Origin: an uncultured Fluviicola sp.
Lineage (GTDB): Bacteria; Bacteroidota; Bacteroidia; Flavobacteriales_D; Crocinitomicaceae
Assembly: GCA_964580465.1 (NCBI GenBank)
Contig: CAZOKJ010000001.1
Coordinates: forward strand, 118,149 to 182,148
Length of the DNA stretch: 64,000 nt
Direction: 5' to 3'
The stretch's first letter is position 1, and the number at the start of each line of letters is the position of its first letter. A model generated the notes under the pieces. The model searched no databases, was not told the DNA's origin, and was given only the letters and a program-made list of their open reading frames with translations. The translations under genes were made by a program, and so were the position numbers. This document shows positions 56,961-64,000 of this stretch, one piece after another.

Positions 56961-56988
56961 AAGAGGTTGGTTTTTCAACCAACCTCTT
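56961..56988 (-). terminator. Hairpin downstream of recA
   Basis: aagaggttggtt / aaccaacctctt forms a 12-bp perfect stem with a 4-nt loop. There is no strong U-tract. Confidence 0.6.
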
Positions 56989-57002
56989 CAACCAACGATT
57001 TG

Positions 57003-58049
57003 CTATTCTTGGTTAGCATCTTCAACATGAGTTGCTGATGTAACGCCAAGAGCTTCTTTAATTTTTTGTTCTAATTCATCTGTAAGTTCAGGATTGTCTG
57101 ACAACAATGTTTTTACGGAATCCCTACCTTGGCCCAACTTCACTTCGCCATAAGAAAACCATGAGCCACTTTTTTTCACAATGCCTAGTTCAACTCCTAA
57201 ATCAATAATTTCACCGATTTTAGAGATGCCTTCGCCGTACATGATGTCGAATTCTGCACGTTTGAATGGAGGTGCAACTTTGTTTTTAACTACTTTTACT
57301 TTTACTCTGTTTCCTGTTACGTCTTCGCCGTCTTTAATTTGACTTGCCTTTCTAATATCGATTCTTACAGAAGCGTAGAATTTCAATGCGTTTCCTCCTG
57401 TTGTTGTCTCTGGGTTACCAAACATTACACCGATTTTATCTCTCAATTGATTGATGAAAATACAAGTACATTTTGCTTTGTTAATTGACGCAGTTAACTT
57501 TCTTAATGCTTTTGACATTAATCGCGCTTGTAATCCCATTTGTGAATCACCCATTTCGCCTTCAATCTCTGCTTTTGGTGTTAATGCTGCTACTGAGTCG
57601 ATAACAATTAAGTCTATTGCACCAGAGCGGATTAAGTTGTCTGCAATTTCCAATGCTTGTTCACCATTATCAGGTTGAGAGATTAATAAGTTATCGATAT
57701 CCACTCCTAATTTTGCCGCATAAAACTGATCAAAGGCATGTTCCGCATCTATAATTGCTGCAATACCACCTTGTTTTTGTACTTCAGCAATGGCATGAAT
57801 TGCCAATGTAGTTTTGCCAGATGACTCAGGTCCGTATATTTCTACGATTCTTCCTTTAGGGTAGCCATCTACTCCTAACGCGATATCTAGTGTTAAAGAT
57901 CCAGAAGGAATCGCTTCGACTTTTTCTACTGCTTCATCGCCAAGTTTCATTACGGTACCTTTTCCGTATGTCTTGTCTAATTTTTCCATTGTAAGTTGAA
58001 GTGCCTTCAACTTTTCCATTTTCTCTTGGTTTACATCTTTTGTTGCCAT
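57003..58049 (-). CDS. recA: Recombinase RecA
   Basis: 348 aa. [11 protein letters not shown] and IVIDSVAAL motifs. Confidence 0.98.
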   Translation of the reverse strand: MATKDVNQEKMEKLKALQLTMEKLDKTYGKGTVMKLGDEAVEKVEAIPSGSLTLDIALGVDGYPKGRIVEIYGPESSGKTTLAIHAIAEVQKQGGIAAIIDAEHAFDQFYAAKLGVDIDNLLISQPDNGEQALEIADNLIRSGAIDLIVIDSVAALTPKAEIEGEMGDSQMGLQARLMSKALRKLTASINKAKCTCIFINQLRDKIGVMFGNPETTTGGNALKFYASVRIDIRKASQIKDGEDVTGNRVKVKVVKNKVAPPFKRAEFDIMYGEGISKIGEIIDLGVELGIVKKSGSWFSYGEVKLGQGRDSVKTLLSDNPELTDELEQKIKEALGVTSATHVEDANQE

Positions 58050-58125
58050 AATCGTTGGTTTTTATTATGTTTAAAATCGCTGTGCAAAGTTGCATCGGTT
58101 AGTGCGTAAGTTTTTTACGTTGTAA

Positions 58126-58590
58126 TTATTTTTCTAAAATTTCTAAAATTTCTTCTGTGTGATTTTTAGTATTTGGCTTTTTAATAATTGCCATAATCAT
58201 TTGATTTTCATCAATTATGAAGGTTGTTCTATGAATGCCATCAAAGGTTCTACCCATGAATTTTTTTTCTCCCCAAACACCGTATTGATTTAATATTAAC
58301 TTATCAGTGTCTGCGATAATTGGAAAGTTTAACTGATGTTTGTCACTGAATTTTGCATGAGATGTGACAGAATCTGCACTAATTCCTATCACTGCTATGC
58401 CTTTTTCTTTTAATATTGCTTCGTTGTCACGTAAATTACACGCTTGCGCTGTGCATCCAGGTGTACTATCTTTTGGATAAAAATAAACAACTACTTTTTG
58501 TCCTTTGAAATCTGAAAGTGATATTTTCTCACCGTTTTGATTTAGTCCCGTAAATTGCGGAGCTGCATCACCTATGTTTAACTGTTTCAT
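58126..58590 (-). CDS. bcp: Thioredoxin-dependent thiol peroxidase (Bcp/PrxQ)
   Basis: 154 aa. FYPKDSTPGCTAQAC peroxidatic and resolving Cys motif. Confidence 0.93.
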   Translation of the reverse strand: MKQLNIGDAAPQFTGLNQNGEKISLSDFKGQKVVVYFYPKDSTPGCTAQACNLRDNEAILKEKGIAVIGISADSVTSHAKFSDKHQLNFPIIADTDKLILNQYGVWGEKKFMGRTFDGIHRTTFIIDENQMIMAIIKKPNTKNHTEEILEILEK

Positions 58591-58610
58591 CGTTGGTTTT
58601 TGTTTTTTTA

Positions 58611-58657
58611 TTGATTAACTGTTAACCAAAGATACAACTATTTTTTAATTTGACAAA
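58611..58657 (-). promoter_or_regulatory. bcp promoter (TTTG-N19-TATCTTTG) with an overlapping 9-1-9 palindrome
   Basis: On the minus strand, TTTG is at 58657..58654 and TATCTTTG at 58634..58627. The palindrome TTGATTAAC-t-GTTAACCAA (58611..58629, one mismatch) starts inside the -7 box and covers the expected start site. Confidence 0.55.
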
Positions 58658-58731
58658 AAAAACATCAAAAAAATGATTAAAAATTAATCTTTTAATTTTA
58701 ATGTATTGATAACTAAATTGTTGTGTTTTTT

Positions 58732-59922
58732 TTATTTGAGTATGAACGGACCCGTCCGAGCTAATTGTTTGAAAAATTCTTCTTCCGACAGATCTATGAT
58801 ATGGGCTCCAGGAAAGTAAAACCGTGCTATCTGTCGAAAATCATAACCTAAACGTGCCATTTTCATTGCACCTTCTTGACATAAACCAACTCCGTGGCCA
58901 TAGCCTTTTCCAGATATAATGACTTCTTCATTTTCTAACCTGATTGAAAAAAAGGTGGAACGTAAGTTAAATTTTGTGCGTATATCTCTTAAAGGTATTC
59001 CTAAAGCTGGAGAAACTAGGAATGCTTTTCGCTCTTCTTGGTCAAATTGATACAACTTTTCATACCAAACACTGTCTGTAATTGGATAGTTGAATTGACT
59101 TGTTAGGTAGTCTTCCCATTCTTTTTTATCTATTTTTTTTCCCCATTTTGCTTGGCGTGTGTATATACAAAAGGTATCTTGAAATGTTGTTAAATACGGC
59201 ACGGAGTTGTTCCAAATATAATCTGGTTCACTTGTTTGTCCTCCACAATTGGCATGGAAATAGGCGTCAATTAATTGGTTTTTAGTGTCCAACATTACAC
59301 TCCCAGTCGTTTCTTTAACAGCTTCTCGAATTGTTGGTGTAAATCGAAGCATGTTGTGATAGGCTTGACAGTGGACTCTATCGCATAGTGAAAATCCTTC
59401 TTTATTGTGTTTGTTGACGTATTTTAATGCATAAGTCCGACTCATCAAAGCTTGTACTTTATAGTATTCAATGTCTTGACCTCCACCTCCTTCTGATTCT
59501 ACAACGCCTGCAAGGTAATTGTCTATATCCACTAAATTGACAACAGTTATGGCTTTATCAGCTGCAAATAATTCGATGTCTTCTTCGTATTTTCGTGGTT
59601 TTGCACCGCTTACTCCTTTGGGATCGAGGGTGATGGAAGATCCTATGTTATTTTGATGTAGGACAATCTTATGATACAAGCCTTTATCTACAACCCCTAA
59701 CTTTAATCTTAAAAGGTTGTTTTCTACACTTACATCGATGAATTCATTGGGTAAAAGCGAACCAAATTTAGTAGTGTCTGCGTATATAGCATAGCTACCT
59801 GAGTTATAGGCAAGTGCAATTCTTTTAATCGAATAATCTCGATAAACGCCTATTCTCATTTGTTGTGCAAAAACGAATGAGTTGATAATGCCGATTAAAA
59901 ATAATGCGAATAACTGTTTCAC
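58732..59922 (-). CDS. SpoIID/LytB-domain protein
   Basis: 396 aa with a signal peptide. YFHANCGGQTS and GHGVGLCQEGA motifs. Confidence 0.85.
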   Translation of the reverse strand: MKQLFALFLIGIINSFVFAQQMRIGVYRDYSIKRIALAYNSGSYAIYADTTKFGSLLPNEFIDVSVENNLLRLKLGVVDKGLYHKIVLHQNNIGSSITLDPKGVSGAKPRKYEEDIELFAADKAITVVNLVDIDNYLAGVVESEGGGGQDIEYYKVQALMSRTYALKYVNKHNKEGFSLCDRVHCQAYHNMLRFTPTIREAVKETTGSVMLDTKNQLIDAYFHANCGGQTSEPDYIWNNSVPYLTTFQDTFCIYTRQAKWGKKIDKKEWEDYLTSQFNYPITDSVWYEKLYQFDQEERKAFLVSPALGIPLRDIRTKFNLRSTFFSIRLENEEVIISGKGYGHGVGLCQEGAMKMARLGYDFRQIARFYFPGAHIIDLSEEEFFKQLARTGPFILK

Positions 59923-59961
59923 CTTGCAAAAATAATTACTATAAGCTGATATTGAACCAAC

Positions 59962-61089
59962 TTATGAATTAGTTTTCAACAATAATCGTGCAATTTTTTC
60001 ACTTGCACCCCCATCTCCTAAAATTGATTTCAATTGTTGGTAATTTGCTAACATTTCTTGGCGCTTTTTACCTCCAACTAATAGTTGCTCTAATTCTGCT
60101 TGAATAGCTGAAGGATTGCACTCTTTTTGGATGAGTTCTTTCACTACCTCTTTGTCCATTATTAAATTAACAAGTGAAATATACTTGATTTTAATTAGTT
60201 GTTTAGCAATGATATAGGAAATTGGTGAGCCGATGTAACACACTACTTCTGGTACTTCAAAAAGTGCAGTTTCTAATGTTGCTGTTCCAGATGTCACGAC
60301 TGCTGCTTCTGCTTGTGAAAGCAAATCGTATGTTTGGTTAAAAACGATGTGTATATTGGTATGTTTACCTATCCATTGTTGATAGTATTCAGGATCTAAA
60401 CTTGGTGCGCCTGCAATGACTAGTTGATAATTTGTAAAGCTTTTAACAGCTTCTAACATAATGGGTAGCTTTTTAGAAACTTCTTGTTTTCGGCTACCAG
60501 GAAGTATAGCAATGATGGGTTTTTCTGATAAATTATTGTTCGTTCTGAATTGAGTATCTGTTGTCTTGTCCTTGTAGTTTTGAATGGCATCGAGTAGGGG
60601 ATGTCCCACGTATGTTACATCATAGTTGAATTTTTGATAGAATTCTTCTTCAAAAGGAAGGATAACATACATTTCATCCACTACTTTTTTTATTGTGTGA
60701 ACTCTATTTTGTTTCCATGCCCAAACTTGTGGTGAAATGTAGTAAATCACTTTTATTCCTTGTGTTTTAGCCCACTCTGCAATACGAAGATTAAAACCGG
60801 GATAGTCCACTAAAATAAGAGCGTCGGGACGATTTTTTAGAATGTCTTCTTTGCAAAATCGAATGTTATTGAGGATGGTTTTTAGGTTCAATACTACTTC
60901 TACAAACCCCATGAAGGCAAGTTCTTTGATGTGTTTTACACGCGTACCGCCCACTTTTGTCATTTCGTCGCCGCCCCAAAATCGGAACGAACAATTAGGA
61001 TTTTCATGGAGCATTGCACGCATTAGATTGCTAGCATGTAAATCGCCTGAAGCTTCGCCTGCAATGATGTAAAATTGTTTTTGTTCCAT
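59962..61089 (-). CDS. lpxB: Lipid-A-disaccharide synthase
   Basis: 375 aa. FYIIAGEASGDLHASNLM N-terminus. Confidence 0.93.
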   Translation of the reverse strand: MEQKQFYIIAGEASGDLHASNLMRAMLHENPNCSFRFWGGDEMTKVGGTRVKHIKELAFMGFVEVVLNLKTILNNIRFCKEDILKNRPDALILVDYPGFNLRIAEWAKTQGIKVIYYISPQVWAWKQNRVHTIKKVVDEMYVILPFEEEFYQKFNYDVTYVGHPLLDAIQNYKDKTTDTQFRTNNNLSEKPIIAILPGSRKQEVSKKLPIMLEAVKSFTNYQLVIAGAPSLDPEYYQQWIGKHTNIHIVFNQTYDLLSQAEAAVVTSGTATLETALFEVPEVVCYIGSPISYIIAKQLIKIKYISLVNLIMDKEVVKELIQKECNPSAIQAELEQLLVGGKKRQEMLANYQQLKSILGDGGASEKIARLLLKTNS

Positions 61090-61400
61090 TAGAGAATAAA
61101 TTTCACCACTAACATTACCAATAAATCAATGACGGTTGCAGCGATAATCCCTTGCCCAAAAGCCCAATTTGCTTGTTTAAGTGAAACAAAATGAAACCAC
61201 GGAAGGTTAGCAATGGCAGCTAATGATATAATTTTTGCTGTGTACACGCGCAAATGAATGAAGCGGTGCATCATTTCGTTGTACGATACATTATTGGTGT
61301 AGCTAAAAATTCCAATAATAATGAAAATGGCTACTAGGATGGTTAAAATTCCAACGATTAAGCCTTTTGTATGTTCTATAGACCAATTTTTTATGTTCAT
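61089..61400 (-). CDS. Small three-helix membrane protein, hypothetical
   Basis: The start is moved to MNIKNWSIEHTKG, 1 nt after the surE stop. Its stop overlaps the lpxB ATG (TAATG). Confidence 0.55.
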   Translation of the reverse strand: MNIKNWSIEHTKGLIVGILTILVAIFIIIGIFSYTNNVSYNEMMHRFIHLRVYTAKIISLAAIANLPWFHFVSLKQANWAFGQGIIAATVIDLLVMLVVKFIL

Positions 61401-61401
61401 G

Positions 61402-62163
61402 TTATTTCCAATTTTGAATGATTTCAATGGCTTGATAGGCTGTCATGTCAAATTGTGTTGGGACAATTGTTGCATATCCTTCCTTGATATAATATAAATC
61501 AGTATCTTTTTCTATTTCGATTTCTCTGAATTCACCTGTTAACCAATAATATGGATGTCCAAAAGTGTCTTCTCTGCGCTCAAAACGATCATCCCAAAAA
61601 GCAGCAGCTTGTTTACAAATTTTCATTCCTTTTATTTCATTTTCATGAAGTTTTGGAATGTTTACGTTTAAGCATACATGTTGAGGAAAAGCATTTGTCA
61701 ATGCCATTCGGGTGATGTCTTCCACTATTTTTTCGCACGCTGAAAAGTCTGCATCTGCATCAAAATCGCACAATGAAAAACCTATTGATGGAATGTTTTC
61801 CATGGCACCTTCAACCGCAGCAGACATGGTTCCAGAATACAATACATTGGTTGAGAAATTCGCTCCGTGATTAATTCCGGAAACTAATAGATCAGGTTTG
61901 CGTTTTAAAATTTCATAGATACCCATTTTCACACAGTCCACCGGAGTTCCACTCGTTGAATAGGCTTCCACTTGATCGAAAACGGGGGTTTTTCGCATGC
62001 GTAGAGGATTATTTACAGTAATTGCGTGTCCCATTCCCGATTGTGGTTTGTCTGGTGCAACTACAACAACAGTACCTATTTTTTGCATGATTTTTACCAA
62101 TGTAGCAATGCCTTTTGCCATTATTCCATCGTCATTGGTAACTAGAATTAAAGGTTTGTCCAT
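61402..62163 (-). CDS. surE: 5'/3'-nucleotidase SurE
   Basis: 253 aa. ILVTNDDGI and SGINHGAN motifs. Confidence 0.95.
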   Translation of the reverse strand: MDKPLILVTNDDGIMAKGIATLVKIMQKIGTVVVVAPDKPQSGMGHAITVNNPLRMRKTPVFDQVEAYSTSGTPVDCVKMGIYEILKRKPDLLVSGINHGANFSTNVLYSGTMSAAVEGAMENIPSIGFSLCDFDADADFSACEKIVEDITRMALTNAFPQHVCLNVNIPKLHENEIKGMKICKQAAAFWDDRFERREDTFGHPYYWLTGEFREIEIEKDTDLYYIKEGYATIVPTQFDMTAYQAIEIIQNWK

Positions 62164-62269
62164 GGAGTGTGTGTTCTAATCAGTGCGAATTTAATAAAAT
62201 TCACGAACTATTTATTAGAAAAAAGAGGAAATCCTTTGTATTATTTAAAAATGTATGAAATAGTTGTTT

Positions 62270-62779
62270 TTATTGCTGCTTCCACTGTGCATTTTGAACA
62301 ATTTCATCTATTTTTTCTTCAAAAGCTAACATGTATTCTGGATAGTCAATTCTTCTTTTGACAACCTTGCGTTTTTTGTTGATAACAATGGAAGAGGTTG
62401 TAGTTGGCAAATCTGTTACGCCTTTGTTGTCGTAAACATCTTCTAAGCCCATATAGTTGATTTCTTTTGCTGTTGAAATCAAGCTGTTTAATTGGTCTTT
62501 AGAAAGTTGAGCCGTAAACGTTCCAATCATTTTAACATTGGCTTTGCCGACATAAACAGCGTGGCCTGATTGGTAAATTTCAACTTTATAGACAGGACAT
62601 GTTCCAAAACAAAAACCACGTTCTAATGTTGCTAATAAGCTGTCAGACTTTGCAACTTTATTTTGTGAAACAAATTCAGCAGTGTCAACTGAAGTATTTT
62701 GGCTGTTTTTTTTAGAAGCACAAGCGGTTTGAACCAGTGCTAAGCTCATTAATATAATTGAAAAAAAGAATGTTTTCAT
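62270..62779 (-). CDS. DUF6438-like lipoprotein
   Basis: 169 aa. Lipobox-like VQTAC. RGFCFGTCPVYKVEIYQSGHAVYVG core, which I associate with DUF6438. Confidence 0.55.
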   Translation of the reverse strand: MKTFFFSIILMSLALVQTACASKKNSQNTSVDTAEFVSQNKVAKSDSLLATLERGFCFGTCPVYKVEIYQSGHAVYVGKANVKMIGTFTAQLSKDQLNSLISTAKEINYMGLEDVYDNKGVTDLPTTTSSIVINKKRKVVKRRIDYPEYMLAFEEKIDEIVQNAQWKQQ

Positions 62780-62850
62780 TGTTTTTGGTTTTTACTTTTT
62801 AGTACTCTATCAAAAATTAAGCCAAAAATGTAAAGCTCTTTCTTTGATTA

Positions 62851-63246
62851 TTATTTTAAGTTCATCGCATCAAGGTAGCGACTTAAATTAGGGTTGTCTT
62901 TTAAGCTGTCAGCTCCAAGAATAAGAATGTTTGAACAACCATTTCTTTCTAACCACAACGAAAAGTTAGATACACCAACCATCAATGTTCCATTAATATC
63001 AATGCGTTGAACAGGTTTTAACGTCTTGTCAAAAATGTTTCTAATTTCTTGTAAATCTTTTTCAATGTCTAAGTTTTGATTTAAAATTACAAGGCCTTCA
63101 ACATTTTCGTCAAAACCTTCTTCTAATGGAAGGGGTTCGATTTCCAATTCATTGTTTTGAGCCCAGTCGGTTAATAGTCCAGCGAATGATGCGTTTGGCT
63201 TTATAAATACTTTTTTTAATTTCATGTTGTTGTTGAAACGTTCCAT
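62851..63246 (-). CDS. Hypothetical cytoplasmic protein
   Basis: 131 aa with no signal peptide and no recognised motif. Confidence 0.45.
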   Translation of the reverse strand: MERFNNNMKLKKVFIKPNASFAGLLTDWAQNNELEIEPLPLEEGFDENVEGLVILNQNLDIEKDLQEIRNIFDKTLKPVQRIDINGTLMVGVSNFSLWLERNGCSNILILGADSLKDNPNLSRYLDAMNLK

Positions 63247-63303
63247 GTTTGAAACGGCTGCAAATTTACTTTTTTTTGTTTGAAATAAAAATATATTAAC
63301 GGT

Positions 63304-64000
63304 TTAATAACCTAATAACTTAAGAAAGTCATCTGCGGTTTGTTCTTCGCTAAAAATTTCAGTGTGAATTTTCCCTTCTTCATCACGTTGAATCAAGATG
63401 TGTTTTGGTTCAGGAATTAAACAGTGTTTTAATCCGCCAAATCCACCAACTGTTTCTTGATATGCTCCTGTGTTGAAAAAACCAATAAATAATGGAGCAT
63501 TTCTATCAAAACGTGGTAAATAAATAGCGTTGGCATGCTGTTCTGAGTTGTAATAATCATCAGAATCGCAAGTCAATCCGCCCAATAACACACGTTCGTA
63601 ATCTTCATTCCATCTATTAATCGGCAACATAATGAATCGCTTGTTAATTGCCCAAGTATCTGGCAAATTGGTCATGAAAGAAGAGTCAATCATGTTCCAT
63701 TTTTCTCTGTCATTTTGTTGCTTTTGGTGCAATACTCTAAAAATAGCACCTCCACTTTCACCTACTGTAAATGAACCAAATTCAGTAAAGATATTAGGTT
63801 CTGGAATGTCATTATCTGCACAAACACGCTTGATTTGAGAAAGTATTTCTCTTACCATATATGGGTAATCGTAATCAAAAGCCAGCGATTGTTTAATAGG
63901 GAATCCTCCTCCGATGTTTAACGAATCTAAGGTAGGGCATACTTTTTTAAGGTCGGCATAAACACGCAAACATTTGGTTAATTCGTTCCAATAATAAGCG
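63304..64000 (-). CDS. speA: Biosynthetic arginine decarboxylase, C-terminal part (gene runs off the right window edge)
   Basis: The frame stays open upstream of the TTG listed by the ORF track (..AYYWNELTKCLRVYADL..). LNIGGGFP, FTEFGSFTVGESG and GLTCDSDD motifs are typical of fold-III PLP decarboxylases of the SpeA type. Confidence 0.85.
   Translation of the reverse strand, partial: AYYWNELTKCLRVYADLKKVCPTLDSLNIGGGFPIKQSLAFDYDYPYMVREILSQIKRVCADNDIPEPNIFTEFGSFTVGESGGAIFRVLHQKQQNDREKWNMIDSSFMTNLPDTWAINKRFIMLPINRWNEDYERVLLGGLTCDSDDYYNSEQHANAIYLPRFDRNAPLFIGFFNTGAYQETVGGFGGLKHCLIPEPKHILIQRDEEGKIHTEIFSEEQTADDFLKLLGY

Noticed and set aside
62851-63246. 131-aa protein considered as a SLOG/molybdenum-carrier-like or receiver-like domain
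   Set aside because: Only a vague resemblance in the C-terminal ILILGADSL segment. The diagnostic N-terminal glycine-rich motif is missing, so it is left as hypothetical.

Overview
AT-rich chromosomal segment that looks like core genome of a Bacteroidota (probably Flavobacteriia) organism. Supporting this: a T9SS C-terminal sorting domain, a DUF4295 gene after rpmB-rpmG, several exact TTTG-N19/20-TAnnTTTG promoter matches, and no Shine-Dalgarno use. About 62 protein genes and one tRNA-Leu are packed with short gaps. From left to right: the end of a TonB-dependent receptor; a five-gene polysaccharide export and priming operon (GT4, wza, wzc, rfbC, wecA-like); PBP4; a 1309-aa mosaic envelope protein; groES-groEL; tRNA-Leu and tig; a DsbD module; two uncharacterised envelope genes; a T9SS trypsin-like protease; an SQR-like flavoprotein; aroK; thiolase; a VanX-like dipeptidase; an aminotransferase; rpmB-rpmG-DUF4295-ftsY; an HD (SAMHD1-like) protein; pgk; ribE; a compact clade II nitrous-oxide reductase cluster (nosZ, membrane protein, nosL, nosD, nosF, nosY); murQ; pyrR-like; GT9; rimP-nusA-infB; a 1205-aa orphan sensor kinase; an LD-carboxypeptidase; yraN; recA; bcp; spoIID-like; lpxB; surE; and the 3' part of speA. 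I see no transposase, integrase, CRISPR array, rRNA, prophage or recognisable defence island, and no convincing new multi-gene system. The most unusual object is the monocistronic giant protein at 8746..12675. It combines a small OMP barrel, seven Cys-bracketed Ig-like modules and seven copies of a two-Cys mini-repeat that I cannot assign to a named family. Secondary points are regulatory: a CRP/FNR-type palindrome about 41 bp upstream of the inferred nosZ start site, a terminator-like hairpin in the rimP-nusA-infB leader, an operator-like palindrome over the bcp promoter, and a 21-bp-phased direct repeat upstream of groES. There is also an unlisted 48-codon ORF downstream of the SQR-like gene. 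All family assignments come from motif recognition by eye, since no searches were run.
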